Assembly (NCBI GenBank): GCA_963842525.1
Contig: CAWJGT010000001.1
Span: 416,001-480,000, forward strand
Direction of reading: 5' to 3'
DNA length: 64,000 bases
Origin: an uncultured Holophagales bacterium
Lineage (GTDB): Bacteria; Acidobacteriota; Thermoanaerobaculia; Multivoradales; UBA5704
The first letter of the stretch is position 1, and every line of letters begins with the position of its first letter. Below are positions 53,651 to 63,301 of this stretch, one piece after another. A program made the translations under genes and the position numbers. Under the pieces are notes generated by a model. The model saw nothing but the letters and a program-made list of their open reading frames with translations. It searched no databases and was not told the origin of the DNA.

Positions 53651-53741
53651 AGGGGTGATTCCAGGTCCTGGCGGCTCGACGTGCCGAGAGCGACGGCGGC
53701 TCGCGAGACAGGACGCTGGGGCGGCCGGTCCGGAAGCAAGG

Positions 53742-53812
53742 CTATTCGGCGAGCCTCCGCAGCACGTCACGGTCTTCGCGCATCACGCGCTCGGCCACTT
53801 CGAACTGGCGGC
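53742..53812 (-). pseudogene. Second AbrB antitoxin 3' remnant
   Basis: Near copy of 53094-53160 (VAERVMREDRDVLRRLAE*). Confidence 0.75.
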
Positions 53813-54190
53813 GTAGAGAGCTTTGGCATCGACGAGGGATTGAGTCGGGAGGAGATCTCTACTTTCCGCAGAGAAAAGAATTTGCGGACACGCTGGAATG
53901 CGCGAACTGGGGCTGGGCGAACGCGCCAGGCAGAGCGCCAGGTGCAGAGCCGGCGGAATGTCGTCGTTGAACAACTCCAGCCAGGACCGGCTCGGCCCGG
54001 CTTTCGATGGCGTAGCCGAGCAGGCCCGGCTTCATGCCGGGATCGCGAGCCCAACCCACGATCCAGCCCCGGAGGGGCGGCACGCTCAATAAGAGCCCTG
54101 TGACCCGAAGGAGGAACGCAGGTTTCCGCTTGTCGTTACCTTCGCCATCGAGAAGCGCGCTACACTCGCCAGGAGCGAACGAGGGCTGCG

Positions 54191-54432
54191 ATGGTCAAAG
54201 GCATAGAAGAAGCGGTGGCGAAGCTCAGAGCAGATCCCGGGCACCCGGTGACGGCCGAGATCGACGGACTTGTCGTCGAGGTCCGCTACAAGGGCCGGCG
54301 TACTGCCGCCGACCTCTTCCGAGAAATCGAGCCCCTGGACGACACATCCGCAGAAGAGATGCTGCGGGCCATACGGGAATCCAGGGATCAATCCAGAAAG
54401 CTCGAAGCTACCCAGATCCGCCTGAGCTTTGA
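54191..54432 (+). CDS. Putative VapB-like antitoxin
   Basis: 80-aa ORF overlapping the PIN gene start (TTGA). Confidence 0.6.
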
Positions 54433-54833
54433 CCTGCGTACTCGACTCAAATATCTTCATCGCCGGGCTCAACGGCAATGCTGCGGTGCTACGTCGCCTC
54501 GCCGCATTGAATCCGGAGGACATCATTCTCTGCGCTCCCGTACTCGCCGAGCTCGAATACGGAGCCCGCTTCTCCGGTCAGGAGGAGAAAAATCTCAATA
54601 AGATCAAGTCTCTCTCAAGCCGGACGCGCTTCCAGGTCTTTGGTGACGTTGCGGCGCGGCGCTTTGGATTCTTGAAGGCGGAGCTGCGGCGGCGCGGAGC
54701 GCCCAAGGCGGATTTCGACTTGTCCATTGCTGCTATTGCTTTTGATCTTGAGGCAACTCTGGTCTCCGACGACCATGCTTTCCACGACGATCCAATTCCT
54801 GGCCTTGAGGTCGAGAACTGGCTGACAGCCTAA
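54429..54833 (+). CDS. vapC: VapC/PIN-domain toxin
   Basis: VLDSNIFI, AELEYG, FDLSIAAIA, LVSDD. Confidence 0.88.
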   Translation: MTCVLDSNIFIAGLNGNAAVLRRLAALNPEDIILCAPVLAELEYGARFSGQEEKNLNKIKSLSSRTRFQVFGDVAARRFGFLKAELRRRGAPKADFDLSIAAIAFDLEATLVSDDHAFHDDPIPGLEVENWLTA

Positions 54834-54918
54834 GACCCGCCAGCACCGCGACGCAGTCGGACCACGCCGCATGGGAAGAAGGCCGGCAGGGATGTCGGCG
54901 CTCCGTGCAAGTCACCTC

Positions 54919-55869
54919 TCACACCTTCAGCTTCGCCATCAGCTTCTTGATCGCATTGGCGCTCTGCATGACGTAGAAGTGGAGGGAGGGGATGCCGTGG
55001 GCGAGGAGCTCTTCGCTCTGTTGCAAGGCCCATTCGACTCCGATGTCCACCACCTGCTCGGGCTTGGCCGCGAGGACCTCGTCGGCCAGCTCGGGGGGGA
55101 TCTCGACGTGGAAGTTGCTCGGGATCGTGGTGAGCTGCTTGACCCCGGTCAGGATCTTGAGCCCGGGGAGGATCGGCACCGTGATCCCGTGCTCCCGGCA
55201 GGCCTCGACGAACCGGAAGTAGTGGGCGTTGTTGAAGAACATCTGGGTGACGACGTAGTGCGCCCCCTCGTCGACCTTCTCCTTGACCCGGCGGACGTCG
55301 AGCGGCAGGTTCGGCGCCTCGAAGTGCTTCTCGGGATAGCCGCCGACGCCGATGCAGAAGGTCGAGGGCTCGGCGTCGAGCAGGTCCTGCTCCAGGTACT
55401 TCCCGCGGTTCATCGCCGCGATCTGGCGGACCAGGTCGCAGGCGTATGGGTTGGCGCTGCGGCCGTATTGCAACGGCTTCTGGAAGCCGCTGTCGTCCCC
55501 GCGCACGGCGAGGACGTTGTCGATCCCCAGGTACTTCAGCTCGATGAGGAAGTCCTCGGTCTCCTCGCGGGTGAAGCCGCGGCAGAGGATGTGGGGGACG
55601 GCGTCGATCTGGTACTTGTTCTGGAGCAGGGCGCAGACGCCCAGGGTGCCGGGTCGCTTGCGCTTGACCCGGCGCTGGAGGCCCTGCGGCGTCTCCTCGT
55701 ACATGACCTCGGCCGCGTGGCTGGTGATGTCGATGAACGGCGGCCGGTACTTGACCAGGTCGTCGATCAGGGCGAGGAGCTGCTGGACGTTGCCGCCGCG
55801 CAGGGGCGGGATGATCTCGAAGCTGATCAGCGGCCGGTCGGCGCGGGCCAGGTGCTCGGTGACTTTCAT
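54919..55869 (-). CDS. metF: 5,10-methylenetetrahydrofolate reductase
   Basis: SFEIIPP, VRGD, GYPEKH, VTQMFF, HFY. Confidence 0.93.
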   Translation of the reverse strand: MKVTEHLARADRPLISFEIIPPLRGGNVQQLLALIDDLVKYRPPFIDITSHAAEVMYEETPQGLQRRVKRKRPGTLGVCALLQNKYQIDAVPHILCRGFTREETEDFLIELKYLGIDNVLAVRGDDSGFQKPLQYGRSANPYACDLVRQIAAMNRGKYLEQDLLDAEPSTFCIGVGGYPEKHFEAPNLPLDVRRVKEKVDEGAHYVVTQMFFNNAHYFRFVEACREHGITVPILPGLKILTGVKQLTTIPSNFHVEIPPELADEVLAAKPEQVVDIGVEWALQQSEELLAHGIPSLHFYVMQSANAIKKLMAKLKV

Positions 55870-55983
55870 GTTCCTGGGGCCGGCAGCGTATCCCGGGGTC
55901 CCGCGGGGGTCAAGATGGAGGCAGGAGGGTTTTTCCGGTTCGTATAAAGTCCCGGCCATGAGTCTTTTTGCCACGGGCGCGCG

Positions 55984-57390
55984 ATGAGCCACTGGACCGG
56001 GGAGACCGCCTCCCGCCAGGCCCTGCGCGTCCTCGGCGACGGGCTCGCCGCGCTGACCGCCCTGGCCGGAGCGTTCCTCGTCCGCATCCACCTGCCGCTG
56101 CCCTTCACGGAAGGGCTCCTGCCGAGCGACCGGCTGGTCTTCCTGGCCCTCGAATGGCCGGCGGTGCTCGTGCTCCAGCTCGCCAGCCTCTATTTCTTCG
56201 GCTTCTACGACCCACCGCGTCCGCGCAGCCGGACCGAGGTCGCCCGTCGCCTGTCGGCGGCCGTGGTCGCCCAGGCGCTGGTCCTGATGGGTTATTACTT
56301 TCTCGGTAACCGCGGCTTCCCCCGCTCGGTGCTGCTGCTCTATCTCGCCCTCGACTTCCTGCTCGTCCTGGCTTGGCGGCTGGCGCTCGACCGCACGGAG
56401 CGCCGCCTCGAGCGGCGGGTGGCGATCGTGGGCAGCGGCCAGGCGGCGCGCGAGATCGCCCAGGCGCTACGCATCCACCCTTGGCACGGCCTGCGGGTGG
56501 TGGGCTACGTGCCCCTCCCGCACGAGGCGATGCCCTCTGCGGAAGGCACCGTGGATCCCGAGCTCGGGCCGTGCCTGGGCACGCCGGAGGACCTGCCCCG
56601 GCTGCTCGCCGACGGCGCCATCGAAGACATCGTCCTCGCCGACAGCGGCGATTCCTGGCAGACGCGGCTCATCGACAGCCTGGCGGGCACCCGGCCGGAC
56701 CACACCAACGTGCTCCTCCTGCCCGGCCCCTTCGAGAGCCTGATCGGGCGGATGCGCTATCGCTGGGTGCACGACCTGCCGCTGATCGAGGTCGTCCGCG
56801 AATCGGAGTGGCGGATCAACCGGCCGCTCAAGCGCCTGCTCGACCTGGCGGCCGGCTCGGTCCTCTTCCTTCTCGCCCTGCCGGTCCTCGCCGTGTGCGC
56901 CATGGCGGTCCGGACGACCTCTCCGGGGCCCGTCTTCTACCGCCAGAGGCGGGTCGGCCGCGGGCGGCGGCCCTTCACCCTGCTCAAGCTCCGCACCATG
57001 CGGGTCGACGCCGAGGCCGAAGCGGTGGAGGTGCTGGCCCAGCCGGGCGATCCGCGCCTGACGCCGATCGGGGCGTTCCTGCGCCGGTTCCGGCTGGACG
57101 AGATCCCGCAGCTCCTGAACGTCCTCCAGGGGGCGATGAGCCTGGTCGGCCCGCGGCCCGAGCGGCCGGGCTTCGTGCAGCGCTATCTCCAGGAGGTGCC
57201 CGGCTACGCCGAGCGCTTCTCCCTCGCCCCGGGGCTGACCGGCCTGGCGCAGGTCAACGGCGACTACAACTCCAGCCCGCAGAACAAGCTGCGCTACGAG
57301 CTCGCCTACATGGCCAACTGGAGCCTCTGGCTCGACCTGTCGATCCTGCTGCGCACGGTGAAGATCGTCCTGACGTCGCGCGGAGTCTGA
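55984..57390 (+). CDS. Polyprenyl-phosphate glycosylphosphotransferase (WcaJ-like sugar transferase)
   Basis: 4 TM, KRLLDL, KLRTM, RLDEIPQLLNVLQGAMSLVGPRPERP, PGLTGLAQV. Confidence 0.93.
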   Translation: MSHWTGETASRQALRVLGDGLAALTALAGAFLVRIHLPLPFTEGLLPSDRLVFLALEWPAVLVLQLASLYFFGFYDPPRPRSRTEVARRLSAAVVAQALVLMGYYFLGNRGFPRSVLLLYLALDFLLVLAWRLALDRTERRLERRVAIVGSGQAAREIAQALRIHPWHGLRVVGYVPLPHEAMPSAEGTVDPELGPCLGTPEDLPRLLADGAIEDIVLADSGDSWQTRLIDSLAGTRPDHTNVLLLPGPFESLIGRMRYRWVHDLPLIEVVRESEWRINRPLKRLLDLAAGSVLFLLALPVLAVCAMAVRTTSPGPVFYRQRRVGRGRRPFTLLKLRTMRVDAEAEAVEVLAQPGDPRLTPIGAFLRRFRLDEIPQLLNVLQGAMSLVGPRPERPGFVQRYLQEVPGYAERFSLAPGLTGLAQVNGDYNSSPQNKLRYELAYMANWSLWLDLSILLRTVKIVLTSRGV

Positions 57391-57428
57391 ACCGGAGCGC
57401 GCTTTCCGGGGACCCACGAAAAGAAAGC

Positions 57429-57457
57429 TTGACTCGGTCAGAAGCCTGGCTTAGAAT
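57429..57457 (+). promoter_or_regulatory. Sigma-70 promoter for the C25 peptidase gene
   Basis: TTGACT-N17-TAGAAT in an AT-rich patch. Confidence 0.7.
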
Positions 57458-57496
57458 ACGGATGGCTCTCCATCTATATTTTTGTTGAGGCTGCTT

Positions 57497-60400
57497 ATGT
57501 CCGGTCTATCTTTATCTTTTTGCCAGCGATCCTCTCTTTCCAGGTCAGCTCTCGGGCTCGTGTGCCTTCTGGGGCTTGCCGCGGGCGCCGGTACGCTGTT
57601 CGCCGCCTCGACCGGGACCAGCGCGCTCCACACCCCCCAGGGCAGCGGCGCCGGCACAGCCAACGGTGACTACATCACGGCCGATCCGGGCGGCCTCGAT
57701 ACCCTGTACCGCTACTTCATCGAGGTGCCTCCCGGGCTGTCCCGCCTGGTGGTGGAGATCTACGATCCGGACATCGGCCGCGGCGGCAACAACGACGAGA
57801 CCAACGGGCGCGACCGGGACAGGGACGGCTACGACACCCAGGTGGACTACGACCTCATCCGCCCCAACGGCAGCACCGCCGCCTCGCTCAACAACTGCAA
57901 CACCGGCAACAACTGCACCGACAACGGCTGGCATGCGATCCTCGACAGCACCTCGGCGGCCAACACCGCGGCCGGGCACTGGGAGCTGCGGATCGACATG
58001 AGCTCGAACGAGACCGACGGCAACGACATCAACGCCATCGGCATCCGGGCCCACGACAACAACTCCGGCTCGGGTGGGACGGAGCTGCGGGTCTATTACG
58101 ACTCGCACACCTCGGTCGGGGCCAACCCTCCCGGCAGCGGCACGCAGTCGCGCAGCTACGACCTCTATCCATACGTCACCTCGGGCTGCTCCGCGGGCAA
58201 GAACGATTTCGACTTCGACAGCAACCGGGGCAACACGGGCTCGGTGACGCTCGCGAGCCGGACGGGGAGCTTCACCCAGAGCTACGCCAGCACCTCCATG
58301 TCCGCCGACAACGTCTGGCGGCGGGACACCTTCAGCGGCTGGGCCTCCGACACCCAGGCGACCGATTATGGGATCTGGCACGCCGGTCTGACGATCAGCT
58401 CCTATCTCGTCGGCAGCACGCCGAACGGCAACTATGGGCACCTCTGGCTGTCCAACTTCCAGGCGGCGGCCAACCCGCCCGGGGCCAATCCGACGACGAA
58501 CGCCTTCCGGGTCTATCTGCCGACGGACGGCGGGGCGGCCCCGGTCAAGCCCTACGTCGAGCAGCTCCTGACCCACAAGAGCGGGCCCAACCCGCTGCCG
58601 GTGGGCCAGAGCGGGATCTATCAGGTCACCGTGCGGGTGGTGAACCCGACCGCGCAGTCGATCACCTTCTCGGCGTCGAACCTGGTGACGGCCAACGTCC
58701 CGGGCGGCGGCGCGGTCTACAACGGCAACGCCGCGGTCGGCCAGGGGTCGATCGTCAGCCAGCCGGCGGTCAACGGCACCGGCAACGTCACCTGGAACCC
58801 GGGCACGGTCACGGCCGGGACGACGACGATCCTCACCTACCAGGTGCGGGTGACCCCGGCCTCGGCGGGGCAGCGGATCCTGGTGACGGCGACCCCGGCC
58901 TCCGGCAACGGCACCCGCGCCCAGTACCGCGACGAGACCGACAACACGACCCAGGCGCGGGCCTTATACCTGTTCGGCCCGCTCTGCGAGCTGGCGGTCA
59001 CCCAGGGGGAGGTGCTGACCGAGGCGGTCGTCTCCTCCTTCCAGGCGGTCCGCGGCGAGCGCGGGGGCGTGCAGATCGAGTGGACGACGGCCTCGGAGGC
59101 GGGCACGGCGGGCTTCTACGTCTCGCGCTGGGACCCGCGGGCGCGGCGGTATCAGCGGGTGCACGACGGCCTGCTCGCCGGCCTGGTCCACGCTCCCCAG
59201 GGCGGGGCCTATCGCCTGCTCGACGAGGGTGCCTCGCCGCGCGAGCGGCAGGTCTACCTGCTGGAAGAGGTCGAGTCCGGAGGACGGAGGAAGGTCCATG
59301 GGCCGTTCCCCGTGACGGTGTCGTGGGAGCGGCGGGAGCGACCGGAGCGACCGGAACGAGCTGCGCTCGACGGGACCTTCGACCGGATCCCGCACCCGGC
59401 GGCAGGGAGGGCACGGGACCGGCAGGCGCTCGCGGCGGGCATTTCTCCGCCGCTGAAGCCGCCGCAGCCGGGGCAGGCCGCTCTCCACATCTCGGTGCGT
59501 GAGGCAGGCCTCCACTACCTCTCTTCCGGGACCCTCGCCGGGCTGCTCGGCGTCTCGCAGGCGAGCCTCGAGCAGCAGATCGCGAGCGGCATGCTGTTCC
59601 TCGCCCGCAGCGGCCAGGAGGTGGCCTGGCACCCGGACGAGGGAGGGGGTGGGCTCTTCTTCTACGGCGAGGCGCTGGACAGCCCCTATGGCGACACCGG
59701 GGTCTACAAGCTCCAGACCGGCGTCCCCGGCGTGCTCATGGAGGTCGCCGAGGTGGCCGATGCGCCGGCCGGCGCCGCGGGCGACACGTTCGCCGACGTC
59801 CGGCGCACCGAGCGGGACGCCTTCCCGGCCACGGTCCTGCCGCTCGATCCGGACTCGGACTACTGGTTCTGGGAGTTCCTGCAGGGCGGCGATCCGACCT
59901 TCGGGCAGAAGACCTTCGCCGTGGACGCGCCGGACGTGGACGCGGCCGGCGCCGCCTCGCTGGCCGTCGACCTCCAGGGAGCGACGGACAGCGGGACCGC
60001 GGACGAGCACCACGTCGCGGTCCGGCTCAACGGCACCCCCCTGGGCGAGGCGACCTGGCGCGGCCTCATGGCGCATCGGGCCGAGCTTCCCGGTCCCCCC
60101 CGGGCTGCTCCTCGCGAGCGGCAACCAGGTCGAAGTGACCGCGCAGGTGGGCGGCGGGGCTCCCTACAGCATCGTGTACGTGGAGGGCTTCGACCTCGCC
60201 TACCGGCGGCTCTTCCGGGCCGCGGGCGACGCCCTGGCCTTCGCGCCGGGCGGTGTTCCGAGCGGGGCCGGCGTCACCGTCTCCGGCTTCTCCGGAGAGG
60301 CGGTCCGGCTGCTCGACGTCAGCGATCCGCTGCTGCCGCGCTGGATCGAAGGGGCGGCGGTCGAGGCGGACCTCCCCGCGGCGCCCTCGGCATTCCGGCT

Positions 60401-61595
60401 GCGCTTCGCTCCGGACGCGGCGGGCCTCCATCTCGCCGCCGGCCCGGGAGCCGTCAAGGCGCCCGCGGCGGTGCGGCCCTGGAGCCCCCGCATCGTCCTC
60501 CTGAACCTGGGCCGGGCCGACTACCTGATCATCGCCCCGCCGGAGATGCAGGCGGCGGCGGAGCGGCTGGCAGACCTGCGGCGCTCTCAGGGGCTCTCGG
60601 CGCAGGTGATGGACCTGCAGCAGGTCTACGACGAATTCGGCAACGGCTTCCCCGGCCCCCAGGCGATCCGGAGCTTCCTGACCGAGGTCCGGGCGAGGTG
60701 GCGGAACCCTCCTCGGTACGTGGCGCTGGTGGGCGAGGGGACCCTCGACTACCGCAACCTCCTGGGGTACGGCGACAACGTGCTGCCGCCGCTGATGGTG
60801 CAGACCCCCCAGGGCCTCTTCCCTTCGGACAACCGCCTCGCCGACAGCGACGGCGACGGCATGCCCGAGACGGCCATCGGCCGCATCCCGGTGCTGACCG
60901 CGGCGGAGCTGGACGCCTACGTCGACAAGATCGAGGCCTACGAGGCGGCGGACCCGGCGGGCTGGGCCGGCAACGCCCTGCTCCTGGCCGACGCGCCGAG
61001 CGAGGGCACGGACTTCGGTGCGGACAGCCGGGCCCTGGCGGAGCAGATCCCGTCCACCTATACGACGGAGCAGGTCGACCTGACGACGACGACGCTCGCC
61101 GACGCCCGCACCCTCCTCTTCGACGCTCTCAACAGCGGCACCGCGCTGGTGAATTACCTCGGCCATGGCGGCCTCGACCGCCTGTCCGGCGGCGGGCTGC
61201 TCACCAGCGCCGACGTGCCGGACCTGAACAACGCCGACCGGCTGCCGGTCCTCACGGCCATGACCTGCACGGTCAACCGTTTCGCCGTCCCCGGCGTGCC
61301 CTCGCTTGGAGAGCTGCTGGTCAAGAAGCCGAACGGCGGCGCGGCGGCGGTGCTGGGCCCGTCCGGGTTGTCGATCCACCCGGACTCGCGCCTGCTGGCG
61401 GCGGGCTTCTATCGCCGGACCCCGGACCTCGCCGCGGCGCGCCTCGGGGACCTGGTCCTCGCCGCCTACCGGGAGGTCCGCGGCCTGGGCGGCGATCCCG
61501 TCCTGCTGGATATCTACAACCTGCTCGGGGACCCGGCGCTGCGCATCCCCCTGCCCCCGGTCGCGCCGGGCTCGGGAGGGACGAGCGGCGAGTAA
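57497..61595 (+). CDS. Large secreted C25 (gingipain-family) peptidase with N/G/T-rich N-domain and DUF11-like domain; frameshift at C-run near 60095
   Basis: WTTASEAGTAGF domain; ADYLII, VYDEF, YVALVG, AIGRIP, NYLGHGG (His), AMTC (Cys), YNLLGDPAL. Confidence 0.88.
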
Positions 61596-61608
61596 GGCCG
61601 CCGAGCCC

Positions 61609-61794
61609 ATGCCGGCGCACGAAAAGCAGGACGCCAGCGAGCCGCCCGATTACGGTGGCCGCGGCCGGCGGCCCTACGAGCCGCCGCGCATCCTCTGGCG
61701 GGAGCCGCTGGAGGCCATGGCGGCGGTTTGCGCGCCGTCGCCGCCGGCCAAGGGGAACCCGGGGTTCTGTCCCCAGGGACCGATTTCGTCGTAG
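61609..61794 (+). CDS. Putative RiPP precursor peptide (61 aa)
   Basis: RRPYEPPRI leader motif, EPLEAMA-AVC junction, core with two Cys (AVCAPSPPAKGNPGFCPQGPISS); next to rSAM and PqqD. Confidence 0.75.
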   Translation: MPAHEKQDASEPPDYGGRGRRPYEPPRILWREPLEAMAAVCAPSPPAKGNPGFCPQGPISS

Positions 61795-61944
61795 GCCCCT
61801 CCCCCGACCCCTCCCCCGCGCGGCCGCCACACTCCCTCCCCGAGCGGGAGAGGGGCGCCTCCACCCGAGTTCTTCTGGTTTCCCCCTCTCCCGTTCGGGG
61901 CGGTGGGCGGGGGACGCACGGGAGAGGGGGCAGGGGGAGAGGGC
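61795..61944 (+). repeat. REP/BIME-like composite palindrome (family B) between convergent genes
   Basis: Similar to 13363-13494; fills the space between two stop codons. Confidence 0.8.
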
Positions 61945-63018
61945 TCACTCCACGATGGGCAACAGCGTCCGGCGCGCCGCCTGCGCCGCTTCCATCCGCA
62001 GCTCCGCCTCGGGATAGACGGCGAGCGGATCGCCCGTCCGCGTGACCGCCGAGCCCGGGCAGAAGCCCAGCAGCATCCCGTCGGAGCCGTAGGACGCGTC
62101 GAGCCTCCGCTTGACGTCGGCCGTCAGGGCGCGCACCTCGCCCAGGGCGGCGTTCCCGCTCCAGATCTCGCGGATCGACTGGTGGTGGAGGTTGCCCACC
62201 GGCCGGCGCCACTGCACGCAGGGGTAGACGTTGCCGTAGGGATCGATCGCCACGCCCGCCGAGCCGGCGCCGCAGTGCTTCTCGACCGGCACCGGCATGG
62301 TGCCATCGTCGCCTCCGCGGGCCAGGATGGGCACCGTGCCGGCCGCCCGGCGCGCCCGTTGCGTCTGCACCGCGAACAGCCGTGCGACCCCGTCGCGGGT
62401 CGGCGCGATCGAGAGCGGCTCGCGGTCGCCGTCGTCGCGCGGCGTCACCTCGGGGTCGATCTGCAGGAGGACGCCCAGGGAGTCGGCGAGGTCGAGCATC
62501 CCTTCGACCTCGTCCTGGTTCCACACGGTCAGGGTGCTGTTGAGCTTGATCCGCAGCCCCAGGCCCTGCGCCTCGCGCAGGTTGGCCAGGAGCCGGTCGA
62601 AGCTGCCCGGGACGCGGGTCTGCCGGTCGTGGGTGGCCGCGGTCGCGCCGTGCAGGCTGGACTCGACCAGGAAGGGATCGACCTCGTCGCGCAGGCGGCG
62701 CGCCATCTCGCCGCGCAGGGCGTGCCCGTTCGTCTTGACGCGCACGACGAACCCGAGCTCGCGCGCGCGGCCTCCCAGGCGCAGGAAGTCCGGGTGGGCG
62801 AGCGGCTCGCCGCCCGAGAGGGTGAGGTGGAGGACGCCGAGGTCCGCCAGCTCCTGGAAGAGGTCGAGGTACTGCCCGGTGCGCAACGGCTCGCCGCGCA
62901 GGCCCAGGTCGTTGTAGCAAAAGAAGCAGTCGAGGTTGCAGCGGTAGGTCAGCTCGACGAGGACCGAGAACAGGCGGTTCTCGCGCCAGGTCTTTTGCAG
63001 GACGTCCTCGAACCGCAT
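61945..63018 (-). CDS. Radical SAM protein with SPASM/Twitch domain
   Basis: ELTYRCNLDCFFC, SGGEPL, KTNG, CGAG...IDPYGNVYPC...GNL...IW, GFCPG. Confidence 0.93.
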   Translation of the reverse strand: MRFEDVLQKTWRENRLFSVLVELTYRCNLDCFFCYNDLGLRGEPLRTGQYLDLFQELADLGVLHLTLSGGEPLAHPDFLRLGGRARELGFVVRVKTNGHALRGEMARRLRDEVDPFLVESSLHGATAATHDRQTRVPGSFDRLLANLREAQGLGLRIKLNSTLTVWNQDEVEGMLDLADSLGVLLQIDPEVTPRDDGDREPLSIAPTRDGVARLFAVQTQRARRAAGTVPILARGGDDGTMPVPVEKHCGAGSAGVAIDPYGNVYPCVQWRRPVGNLHHQSIREIWSGNAALGEVRALTADVKRRLDASYGSDGMLLGFCPGSAVTRTGDPLAVYPEAELRMEAAQAARRTLLPIVE

Positions 63019-63022
63019 CGAA

Positions 63023-63301
63023 TCACGCTACCAGCATGCCCTCGGCCGCCAGCTCGGCGGCGAAGGCGATCACGTCCCGCTCCAGGCAGTCGGGGTCGGC
63101 GTCATACTCGCCGGCCAGCACCTCCAGCCAGCCGCGCACGGAGCTGCTGCCATCCGCCAGCTCCAGGAGACGGGCCGCCAGGTCGTTGAAGACCAGGACC
63201 TCCGCCGCGCTCTGGCGGACGACCACGGCCTCGCCGTCGATGCGGCGGAAGCGCAGATCGGGAGCACGTCTCAGGATGCTGCCTACTTCGACGGGAACCA
63301 T
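63023..63301 (-). CDS. PqqD family RiPP recognition element
   Basis: RRIDGEAVVV...FNDLAARLLELADG...EYDAD...ERDV..F..EL..EG. Confidence 0.88.
   Translation of the reverse strand: MVPVEVGSILRRAPDLRFRRIDGEAVVVRQSAAEVLVFNDLAARLLELADGSSSVRGWLEVLAGEYDADPDCLERDVIAFAAELAAEGMLVA

Noticed and set aside
60090-60105. Programmed frameshift or phase variation in the C25 gene
   Set aside because: The shift is at a C homopolymer and similar single-base shifts affect many unrelated genes, so sequencing error is more likely; reads are needed to exclude it.
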